The notes beneath the pieces are model-generated. The model did not search any database. It had not been told where the DNA came from and saw only the letters and a program-made list of their open reading frames with translations. A stretch of 64,000 nucleotides of DNA from Pecten maximus (taxonomy: Eukaryota). Every line of letters starts with the position of its first letter. The stretch's first letter is position 1. Position numbers and translations under genes: made by a program. The stretch lies in NCBI RefSeq assembly GCF_902652985.1, contig NC_047020.1:3906001-3970000 (forward strand), read 5' to 3'. Below are positions 1 to 12,400 of this stretch, in pieces.

Positions 1-222
1 ATCCATGTAAATTTAGGTCAAGTCGTTGTAAATGTAGGTCAGATCCATGTAAATGTAGGTCAAATACATGTAAATGTAGGTCAAATTCATGGAAATCTAT
101 GTCAAATACATGTAAATGTATGACAAAATATGTAAATGTATGACAAATCTATGTAAATGTAGGTCAGATCCATGTAAATGTAGGTCAGATCCATGTAAAT
201 ATTTTAGGTCAAAACCATGAAA
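1..222. repeat. Degenerate ~21-bp tandem repeat (ATCCATGTAAATGTAGGTCAG), truncated by window start
   Basis: About 10 consecutive copies visible; intronic to the Cys-rich gene. Confidence 0.85.
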
Positions 223-431
223 TGTCAAATTCTCAAATAAAGAACTGGGGTTGTGACAATGAACCCCCTGACCTTTCAAATGATACTCTTTTTAAATAGT
301 TGTCTCACTGTAATTCATATCCTAAAAACTAGGAGAAAAGGAGATAAGTCAAAATAAATTCTCAAGCACACGACTCACTTAATAGCATTCTGTTGTTAAT
401 ATACCCGTTATTACACCGGAACCAATCGTAC

Positions 432-3400
432 CTGTCTTCTGGTACATCCCTGGTTGAACTTGTTCGTCGTTCCTGATAACGTCACTTTTTCCACGTAACA
501 AACCTGTGAGTGTAAAGGAAAATGAACAAATTCACCTCATTAACGGGAAATGAAACACTCACAAAATGTTATCTCTTTAGAGAAAGATTTCCAATCGAAC
601 GTCAGACCTTCGTTTGATTACTGTTTGCAAGAGTTATACCCCATGACAGCGCCGATAGATGTAGTCAGAAATCATGTTGGTCTGTGACGTCAGAAAAACG
701 ACAGAGCCGCGATATGAAATATATAGGGGAGATAACTCATCTTAATGTGATTAAAAGAAAACTAGTTTTCTTTCTTTTCAACAAAACAACTGGTGTTGCA
801 AAAATCCCTCATGTTAATTCTTATGACAATCAGTTCATCATTTCATGACTGTGTCGTATCCTCTTAAGCGTGTCCGCTTTATTAAGGGGTGTACCCGTGG
901 TCGTAAACAGATTTTTTGATAATTATCATGTATTAAGACTTTACGATATTGATAACATTATACGATGTTCCTCCCCTTCACCCCATTAACACTTGTCAAG
1001 GCCGTGATTTCCCTGGCTTTCCTTCTGGATTACAACACCACACCTTTGGTGTCCGTGTACAATTGTTCTAGAGCGGGAAAACGTGTACCGCGGGTCTCCC
1101 ATCCAAGAGCTGATCACACTCGACGTTACTAAACTTTGAACACAGCCACAAAAGTTAGCTATTTTACTATGCAGCTGAGATGCCATCAACAGATATCGTC
1201 ACATGTGATAATTTTTCATATACAGTATTTGTATCTACCACTGAATTGGTCGAACAGGTGACCCTAGCTATTTTGTCGAACAGGTAACCAAACTATTTGG
1301 TCAAACAGATGGTTATTCTACAGACACATGTCTGGTGTTGGGTTATTCTACAGACACGTGTCTGATGTGTTGGGTTATTCTACAGACATATTTCTGGTGT
1401 GTTGGGTTATTCTACAGCCACATGTCTGGTATGTTGGGTTATTCTACAGACACATGTCTGGTGTTGGGTAATTCTACAGACACGTGTCTGATGTGTTGGG
1501 TTATTCTACAGACACGTGTCTGGTGTGTTGGGTTATTCTACAGACACATGTCTGATGTGTTGGGTTATTCTACAGACACATGTCTGATGTGTTGGGTTAT
1601 TCTACAAACAAATGTCTGGTGTGTTGGGTTATTCTACAGACACATGTCTGGTATGTTGGGTTATTCTACAGACACATGTCTGGTATGTTGGGTTATTCTA
1701 CAGACAAATGTCTGGTGCTGGGTTATTCTACAGACACATGTCTGGTGTGTTGGGTTATTCTACAGACACATGTCTGATGTGTTGGGTTATTCTACAGACA
1801 CATGTCTGGTGTGTTGGGTTATTCTACAGACACGTGTCTGGTGTGTTGGGTTATTCTACAGACACGTGTCTGGTGTGTTGGGTTATTCTACAGACACATG
1901 TCTGGTGTGTTGGGTTATTCTACAGACACATGTCTGGTGTGTTGGGTTATTCTACAGACACATGTCTGGTGTTGGGTTATTCTACAGACACATGTCTGGT
2001 GTGTTGGGTTATTCTACAGACACATGTCTGGTGTGTTGGGTTATTCTACAGACACATGTCTGATGTGTTGGGTTATTCTACAGACAAATGTCTGGTGTGT
2101 TGGGTTATTCTACAGACACATGTCTGATGTGTTGGGTTATTCTACAGACACATGTCTGGTGTTGGGTTATTCTACAGACACGTGTCTGATGTGGTGGGTT
2201 ATTCTACAAACAAATGTCTGGTGTGTTGGGTTATTCTACAGACACATGTCTGGTGTGTTGGGTTATTCTACAGACACATGTCTGGTGTGTTGGGTTATTC
2301 TACAGACACATGTCTGATGTGTTGGGTTATTATACAGACACATGTCTGATGTGTTGGGTTATTCTACAGACACGTGTCTGATGTGGTGGGTTATTATACA
2401 GACACGTGTCTGGTGTGTTGGGTTATTCTACAGACACGTGTCTGGTGTGTTGGGTTATTCTACAGACACATGTCTGGTGTGTTGGGTTATTCTACAGACA
2501 CGTGTCTGGTGTTGGTGTATTCTACAGACACATGTCTGGTGTTGGGTTATTCTACAGACAAATGTCTGGTGTGTTGGGTTATTCTACAGACACATGTCTG
2601 GTGTGTTGGGTTATTCTACAGACACATGTCTGGTGTTGGGTTATTCTACAGACAAATGTCTGATGTGTTGGGTTATTATACAGACACATGTCTGATGTGT
2701 TGGGTTATTATACAGACACGTGTCTGGTGTGTTGGGTTATTCTACAGACACATGTCTGGTATGTTGGGTTATCTACAGACAGATGTCTGATGTGTTGGGT
2801 TATTCTACAGACACGTGTCTGGTGTGTTGGGTTATTCTACAGACAGATGTCTGGTGTGTTGGGTTATTCTACAGACAGATGTCTGATGTGTTGGGTTATT
2901 CTACAGACACATGTCTGGTGTGTTGGGTTATTCTACAGACACATGTCTGGTGTGTTGGGTTATTCTACAGACACATGTCTGGTGTGTTGGGTTATTATAC
3001 AGACACGTGTCTAGTGTGTTGGGTTATTCTACAGACACATGTCTGGTGTGTTGGGTTATTATACAGACACGTGTCTAGTGTGTTGGGTTATTCTACAGAC
3101 ACGTGTCTGGTGTGTTGGGTTATTCTACAGACACATGTCTGGTGTGTTGGGTTATTCTACAGACACGTGTCTGGTGTGTTGGGTTATTCTACAGACACGT
3201 GTCTGGTGTGTTGGGTTATTATATAGACACATGTCTGGTGTGTTGGGTTATTCTACAGACACATGTCTGATGTGTTGGGTTATAATCAGTGACAAAAATA
3301 CAGGGATACCAAATGCGTTACACGGCAATAGTAATTCAAAACTAGCCACGTGAGTTTAAGGTAAGTAAGCGCACACTTATCACGGACTAGCTTCCTTATC

Positions 3401-6400
3401 TATGTTAGGACTTCCTAACGATTGCTGTTCACGACAGTGAAGAATTGTACCGGGCACTTTTATAACCTTTAGGATTCTTCGGTCTTGTTCCATACAACAC
3501 ATGATCGACTTTCGGAAAAATATATTTTAGTATACTAATGAAATCGCATATCTGTATGATATGAAATATGTCACCGTGAAGGCTAACGTATTCCTTCATA
3601 TTACCAACATATTCCAAGCCCCTTTGTTAAGATATCGCCCTTTATAAAAAAAAGTAACCCCCTCCCCCCGCTATTACCTCATCTTCCTCACACCGAACTG
3701 TCTTTGTACACTGGTTGGGATGATCAGACAAGGAGCACGCCATACATTGCGGACCCGAGGCTGTAAAGTAAAATATGCCATAATAACAAGTAAAATATCA
3801 ACAATTATCGCCACTAGATATATTTAATATTAAATGGACAATAATGCACACTTTCTGTTTGGTTAAAAATAGTGTCACGTGATTCCAGATAAAAAGTTAT
3901 TTTAACCGGCCGTGGAAAATAACTGTTCAATATGCTGGTTATTTGGGTGTTTCAAAAATAGACTAATTATGAAATACTTCCCCTTTGTAGTTTCAAAAAA
4001 CCATAAACTATCTTGTACGTTTTTGAAATATGACAAGCGATAAATTGAATGATGGAATATCGAATTATCATAAGATTTAGTGTATTAGTTTACATTTGAT
4101 TGTGTTGTGTATAGGATATAATTAAATATTAACAAATGCTTGACAAGTGTTACTTTGCATTCATTGCATAATAATTAAGAATAAAAAGTCATTTTATAAT
4201 AAAACTGTTATTGTCTTTTGATTTCGGTTAATACTTTACAATTATCGACCTGTTTGTAGGTGAATACGGCGGTTTACCAACCTGAGAGAGTGATGAAATG
4301 TTACTTTTGAATGTTGGTAAATCATCGTATTCACCTACAAACAGGTTGATAACTGTTTCCTTATATGACATTCATCCAACATTTTTACAGTTAAAGATTA
4401 TCAGACTCTGTCTTAAGATTGGATAGATCAGTTGGAAAGAGAGTGGGTGATCGATATAAGGAAGTGAGTGACGAAATATATATCCAATTATAAATATCAG
4501 GATTTCAGATGTCGGTACATTTTGAGGCCTGACGCTGTAAAACATCACTCTTTGTCTCAGCTGGACAAGCGTTTAACTAATTAATTTCGGACCGTGAATA
4601 ATACCGATGTCAGAGTGGATGATAAAAGGATAATTTGTAATGTGACTAATTCCTATCGTTAATAGTCTATCTAAATCAGCGGCTGTCAGGGTGCCAATTG
4701 ACTCCTTTTGTCATGTAGAAGGCATTGGAATGGTTTTGCTGAGATGTCCTTCGCTTGTCTTGTGTTTTGGAATTCCTCATTTCTAAAATAAAACTCCGAG
4801 ATTGTTGTTCGTTTATTATTGAGGAACGTCCCGTTGTTCATTCTGTCAGCCGCTGGTTTAGATAGATTGGTGTCCAAATGTTATGTCCAGGGTGAGAATG
4901 GTAGGAATGATTCACATTATAAACGATTGCCATTATTATTTTTGGTCTGACGATTAATCGACCCTCCATGGATATTATTAATGGTCCGGAATTCATTAGC
5001 TAAATCAGCTTGTCAAGCTGTAATAAAGAGTCTTAAACGACAGGGATTTACAGCGCCATGTCTCAAAATGGACTTCAATCTAAAACCCTCTTTTTCATAA
5101 TTTACATATTCATTTACTGAAGTTAAGTTTAAAACAATATCAAAATTATAACTGGACTTTAAATTTATGACCGAGGTTATCTTTATGATGTTGTTATTTC
5201 GGCATTCTCACTGTCTGCTATCGGTCACCTACATTCTTGTTATGAAGTTGATCAAATCAAATGATCTGTAGCATTCTTTGCTCTAGTTTTGATACCGAAA
5301 TGTAAATTAATATATTTTCAGTTTTGTGTTAGATGCTGATTGGTCTACATATGATAACTTGTTATTCCATTTAATATCTGTGACAGTGATAAAAGATCGT
5401 ATTGCACGCTCGTGAGAATGTTCCAGTGTGTTGTGTGTCCAGTTTCGTTTTATAGTTATTACTAAGGTTCTCCCTTTGAATATGATATTAATTGAATTTT
5501 ATCGAGATTGTCATCATGAAATTTGCCTGTGAAACAGACCTTTCCAGAACACAATATCTTCAATATAGTGTATTGCCCCTAGATATCCGACAGTATTTCA
5601 GAAATGCCATTCATAACACATACGCCAGGTACCAAACTCGTATTTCTACATAGAAACGAATAATATTCTACATACATGATTAAGAAACCATTCTATTGCA
5701 CTAAGGAATCAGCTATTTGGAGCTAGCCTTGTTGCTGATTAACGCTGTCATTGTGACTTTCCTATCGAAGACACCTATCATCTCCTTTTTAACTGTAATA
5801 CTAACGCTAACTAATCATTATTTCTGAACCAAAGAATAACGCTCTTCCGTGAACTTATTTCATATATTCCTCTAACCGAGAACGTACTTCGTTTTGGAGT
5901 TCTAATATGCCTGAACATGTAAATAAATTAATGTTCACGCATACTCAGCAATGTATCCAGGATTCTAACAGATTTTAGCCCCCCTCCCTTCTCCTCCCCT
6001 CATAATATAATGTAAAATTTTGAATGTTGTTGTATTCGGTCTTTTCCTATGCCGACGGTGCCAGAGAAACGGATATTCAAGGACGAACGATCTGACTAGG
6101 TGAACGCTTACCAAGGCATAGGAAGTATAGTAGTATACTATTGTATAAACAGTGCGTTTAGAATAGCGGTAAGTACTATCTTCTTTATTATATTATAAAC
6201 AGTGCGTTTAGAACAGCGGTAAGTACTATCTTCTTTATTATATTATAAACAGTGCGTTTAGAACAGCGGTAAGTACTAACTTCTTTATTATATTATAAAC
6301 AGTGCGTTTAGAATAGCGGTAAGTACTATCTTCTTTATTATATTATAAACAGCGCGTTTAGAACAGCGGTAAGTACTATCTTCTTTATTATATTATAAAC

Positions 6401-9400
6401 AGTGCGTTTAGAACAGCGGTAAGTACTAGTGTGGTGAACCACTGTTGTGTATTATGTTACCTGTCGTTCCGGACTGTCCGTCTTCTACTTTGTTTATTAG
6501 TCTCGACGTCAGGTAGACGTTTGTAAGTAATATACACCTAAGAGGTTTAGAAGCGTTCTAAAGATCCTGATTTTATAATAGGTGGCGCTAGTTTCCCTTT
6601 CGCGAGAGTATAAAAGGCGGCGGTCGAAACTAGATATGGTTCACTTCTTCGTCTGACACGAACGAGATAAGGCCGGACAAAAAGGTATTAGTTAAGATAT
6701 AGACGTGCCTGAACAAGGCTTCCCTATATCAAAGTACTTATTGTGTATGTAATAACTTACGGTAGAGTACGGAGGCAGATGTGCCTGAGTAAGGCTTCCC
6801 TTCTCCGTGGGGACTCTAGTTAGTCTATGTGGTCGGTACATCACATACGTTGTAAGTGTATTAATATCAATAGCCTTGGGTCTGCTCGTGGTTTATAAGA
6901 AAGTGTCTGAGAGCCCCGAGTGTTGTACTGTACGTACATGCCTAACGTTAAATATATGCTAGGGAGTGCTCAGTAAGAAGTGAGTACTCAGTGAGTGCTC
7001 GGTAGAAGTGAGTGCTCGGTAGCAGTGAGTACTCAGTGAAGTGAGCGCTCGGTAAAAGTGAGCACTCAGTCAAAGTGAGTGCTCACTCGGTCAATGAGTG
7101 TTGAAACTCTCTTACCCTCATATATAAAGTAATCATAGTTGTATAATGTGATATTGCCCGGAATAAACCCCAGATAGGGAAGATTCATTTTGGTCAGGGA
7201 GCACTCATTATTTCATGTAGTATATTATTCCGTTCTGTTAATATAACTAGCTCTCTGTTTAGGTATATTTGTATTTCTACTGTAGGATTACTCAGAGGAA
7301 CTGAGCAATCATTGTGTTATATTTCAACTGTATAGCTAGTTGGTACTTGATGTATATTACATAAACACAGCCAGGTCAGCTGTATATTTCTGTATATTTT
7401 TGCACTGAGGACTCGAGTAAAACTAATTATATGTTAGACAATATGGATCATCAGTAGTGACTGATACGGACCCTGTAAACGTCACATAATTTGGTGGCAG
7501 CGGTGGTGATCCTGTTGTCTATATTTTTGGTGTGCTCGAATACTCAGGTTTAAATAAAATTTGATATCAGAATTAAACTGTTATTTTTGTATTGATGAAA
7601 ATGGCCAATGGAACTCCTCGCATTGATTTGATGGACTCTGAAAAGCGGTTTGGTGAGCGAAGTGACCAAAGTTATCATTCAACACCAAAACAGCCTATGT
7701 CAAAAGGGAGCAGTCATTATAGAGACTCTGGATTTATGTCTATGCATGCAGCTGATAAAACTCGTGCAGAAAAGAGGGACTTGTCTGTGCTCTATAGCAG
7801 TATGATGGACAATCACGAAGATCTTTCATCTCCAGATGAGATAGATAAGGAGATTGAACAAATGCAGGAGCAGTTACGCCGGCTTGATATTGAAAATCAG
7901 AGCCTGCGAGAGACTTCGAGTAGACATGGACTGAAGGATTCATCGACATATAAAGGGAATCATTGTGTCCGAAGTAAAACAGAGAGCAGTCCTAAAGTAA
8001 GGTTCTCTGACAGCACATATTCGCCTCATTTTGATGAAGGGAATAAGGAGGACTATATTACCTGTCGTGACAGCAATCAGAGGAGGTCAGCTCGATTAAA
8101 GGAGAAGGAACATATATCAAGCTATGACTCTGCTCGGGTGAAGAGAATGAATCCAAGGGCAATGTTGGATATGGATGATAGTGATTACGAGGATCAATCT
8201 TCAGTAAGAAAACACAAAACAAAATTTGTGTCTGTTAAAGCTTCTACTTATGATGGCACAACACCTTGGAGGGATTACCTGTCTCATTTTGAGGCATGCG
8301 CTCGAATCAATAGATGGACAGAGCAGGAGATGGGTCTGTATCTAGCTGTAAGTTTGAGGGGACAAGCTCAAGGTATACTTGGGGATTTGCCTGCCAGGAA
8401 ACAGGAGCATTATTTCTCACTGATAACAGCTCTTGAACAACGGTTTGCCCCACCCAATCAAACGGAGCTTTATCGAGTACAATTGCTGGAGAGGAGGCAG
8501 CGAGCCAATGAGACACTTCCAGAACTTGGTCAAGCTATTCGAAGATTAGTCAACTTGACTTATCCCACTGTTGAAGTTGGGGTGAGAGAAACATTGGCCA
8601 AACAACAGTTTCTAGAATCCTTAGCTGACTCAGATATGCGAATTCGTATAAAACAAGCCAGACCTGATAATCTGACGGATGCGATTCATCTTGCAGTAGA
8701 GCTGGAAGCTTACAAGAAAGCAGAAAAACATGGAAATGAAGGTCGCTCATATCTCAGAACAGCAAGTACAGAGAGTACTGAATCGACACATTCAGCAAAA
8801 TCTGAGAAATCTGCGATGGAATCTATGTTGAGTAGTATCCAGCAAAAGTTGGAGAAGATGCAAACTGATATTAGTCAGCTCCAAGCTGTAAGGAAAAAGC
8901 AGAACCGACCTGCCCAGCAAGGACAGGATGCAAAGAATAGCACTGATCGACGTTGTTATAAGTGTCAAGAAATAGGACATTTACGCCGAGACTGCCCTCA
9001 GCTTAAGAAAGAGTCAAAGAAAGCATCAAATGGAGTAGCTAATCCGGTAAGGACAAGGACGAGAAAGCGAAGTTGTAAACCATCCGCTGGGATTGGAATT
9101 TCCTCGGCTGCTCAAGAGGCTGGACTATACATCAATGCTGAGGTACAGCATACCAAAGTGAAACTTTTGGTTGATACTGGAGCCACAGTGACCATTCTGT
9201 CACAGGATGCATATGAGAAAATTCCAGAGGAGAGAAGACCCAAATTGAAAGAGGTTAAAAATGATATCATGGCCGCTAATGGCAGTGAGTTGAAAGTCCT
9301 TGGTCAGGGAGGATTTATGATTAAGCCAGAAGGTTGCCGGGACGTGTACTTTGAGGCTGTGGTAGCTAAACTAAGCACAGAAGGAATTCTTGGTCTTGAC

Positions 9401-12400
9401 TTCTTGAAATCAAGAAATGGCTTGATTGATTTAAAGCGAGGATCTTTAGTGTTGGACGACGTGCCAGTGGACACTAAGTATGAGGGTACACTTGGATGCT
9501 TTCGAGTTGTTGCCTCCGAAAAGATAACCATTCCTGGTAAGAGTGAGATGGTTATTGCTGGGGAATTACGTTCTCCAGCAGGTGAACATATGAAGAGCGA
9601 GTCACTTCTTATTGAAGGAGCTGACTCCTTCCTGAAAAATGACAAGGCTCTCGTTGCCCGATCATTGGTTTGTTATGAGACTACAGTTCCTGTGAGACTC
9701 ATGAATCTTCAGGAAGATCCGCAAACGGTCTACCCAGGTACAAATATTGCTCGTGCTAGTCCTGTAACAAGTGTCATTGAGACAACATCCTCGTCTAGTT
9801 GTGCACCCTCTGGAGAGCTCAGAGGGGATTTACACCAACTACTACAGAGGTCAAAAGAACACCTGACTCCGGAACAGAGCAATAAAGTCAAATCTTTGTT
9901 ATTGGCATACAAGAATCTGTTCGCAGCCACTGACAGTGATCTTGGACGAACAACAGTGGTGAAACACAAAATAGAAACTGGTGATGCCCGACCCATCAAA
10001 CAACCACTTAGGAGAGTGCCAGCACATTTGAGCCCTGAGGTGGATAGACAAGTCGATGATATGCTGAACCGTGGAGTAATTCAGAAGTCTACCAGCCCCT
10101 GGTCATCGGGTATTGTTTTAGTACAAAAGAAAGACGGTAGTCTCAGATTCTGTGTTGACTATAGGCGTCTCAATGCTGTGAGCATTCATGATGCCTATCC
10201 ATTGCCACGCATTGATGAGGCATTGGACCATCTTTCGGGGTGTACTTGGTTTTCTACACTCGACCTGAATGCAGGGTACTGGCAAGTTGAACTAGAGAGG
10301 GAGGATCGTCCTAAAACTGCCTTTTCAACTAGGACTGGATTATATGAATTCCAGGTGATGCCTTTTGGGTTGACTTCTGCTCCAGCCACATTTGAGCGGC
10401 TGATGGAGACTGTGTTAGCCGGACTTCAGTGGCAGATTTGTCTCATTTATTTAGATGATGTGATCGTGGTTGGAAAGGATTTTGAGGACATGTTACAAAA
10501 TCTGCAAACTGTGTTTGAAAGACTCCTTACTGCAGGATTGAAACTTAAAACAAAGAAATGCCAACTGTTTGGAAAAGAGGTGATCTATCTCGGACATGTG
10601 ATATCAGAGGAAGGAATAGCTACTGATAATGAAAAAGTGAAAGTTGTTGAACAGTGGCCTGTGCCGAAGAACATTAAAGAGGTGAGATCATTTCTTGGAT
10701 TCTGTGGATATTACAGGAGGTTTGTAAGAAACTTTTCACAGATTGCTAGCTGTCTGCACCGACTGACTGAGAAAGACAGAACTTTTGAGTGGACCGATGC
10801 CTGCCAGGAGGCATTCACCACACTAAAGCATCAGCTAATCAATGCCCCTATACTGGCCCATCCAGATTTCACTCAACCGTTTATTCTGGACACTGATGCA
10901 AGTGACAAAGCTATTGGTGCAGTTCTTTCTCAAAACATTGATGGGAATGAGAGACCTATCGCATATGCAGGCCGGATGCTGACGAAATCTGAAAGGAGTT
11001 ACTGTGTAACAAGAAAAGAGTTGTTAGCAGTTGTGCACTTTGTGAAACATTTCAAACACTACCTGTATGGTAGGAGGTTTACGGTGAGAACGGATCACAG
11101 TTCTCTACGCTGGCTACTGAACTTTAAGGCGCCAGAGGGTCAAATGGCCAGATGGCTACAGGTTTTGAGTTCCTATAACATGGACATCAAACACAGACCA
11201 GGAAGTCAGCATCGCAATGCGGATGCCTTAAGTCGGATACCATGCCGACAATGTGGGTTCGATCCCATGTGGGAGAAACATACCGAGACGGAGACTGAAA
11301 ATACTGCCATGGCATGCAGCCCCAAAACGAAGGAGGACTCGGAAGACCAAAAATCAAAATTTGAGTCGTCAATACTTCAACAAAAGCAGGAAGATGATGC
11401 TGATATTGCAGTAGTGTTTAAATGGGTGAGGGAAGGAGAGAAACCTCCATACAAGGAAATTGGTGACCGGAGCATAATCGTGAAAACATTATGGGCCCAA
11501 TTTGAATCCCTGGTGATACATGGTGACATGTTGTATCGGAAAAACCCCAATTCAGCAACAAGTCTACAAGCAATTGTTCCTGCAGCAGAAAGACGAACAG
11601 TGTTGACCCACAGTCATGACAATCGGAGTTCTGGACACTTGGGTATAAAGAAGACTTTGGCCAAAATTCGACAAAGTTTCTATTGGCCAGGAATTCAAAA
11701 CGATGTGAAACAATATGTGATCGGATGTCCTCAGTGTAGCAAACGAAAGAGTTCAAGTAAAACCAAGCGAGCCCCTATGCAGATGGTTGAGTCGGGTTTT
11801 CCCATGGAGAGGATAGCCATAGATATTCTCTGTGAACTCCCAAGTACACAGCAGGGTAACCGACACATATTGGTAGTTTCGGACTACTATACCAAGTGGA
11901 CCGAGAGTTTTGCCATGCCAAACATGGAAGCACAGACTGTGGCCAAGATTCTCGTAGAGGAGGTGATAGCTAGGTTTGGTGTACCTTACAGCCTCCATTC
12001 CGATCAGGGATCCCAATTTGAAAGTTCTCTCTTTCGGGAGATGTGCTTATTACTACAAATCAACAAAACACATACCACTCCCTATCATCCCAAATCAGAT
12101 GGAATGGTAGAACGGTTCAACAAGACGCTTGTGACCATGCTGAGTGCCTTTGTAAATAACCATCAGACTGATTGGGACGAACACTTGCCATATGTAATGA
12201 TGGCGTACCGCTCTACAGAACACGAGACCACTGGGAATTCGCCTAATGCTATGATGCTAGGAAGGGAAACGAGTACTCCCCTAGACATTCAGTATGAAAT
12301 GCCAAGGAATATCAAGACCATTCCTCAAAACCAATGGGCTTGGCAGTTAAAGGAGAAGATGGAAAATGCACACGAACTGGTTAGGAAACACTCAAAAGGT

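Noticed and set aside
1335-3353. Long repetitive ORFs (GYSTDTCLVCWVILQTHV...)
   Set aside because: Translations of the 32-bp minisatellite in all frames; intronic.
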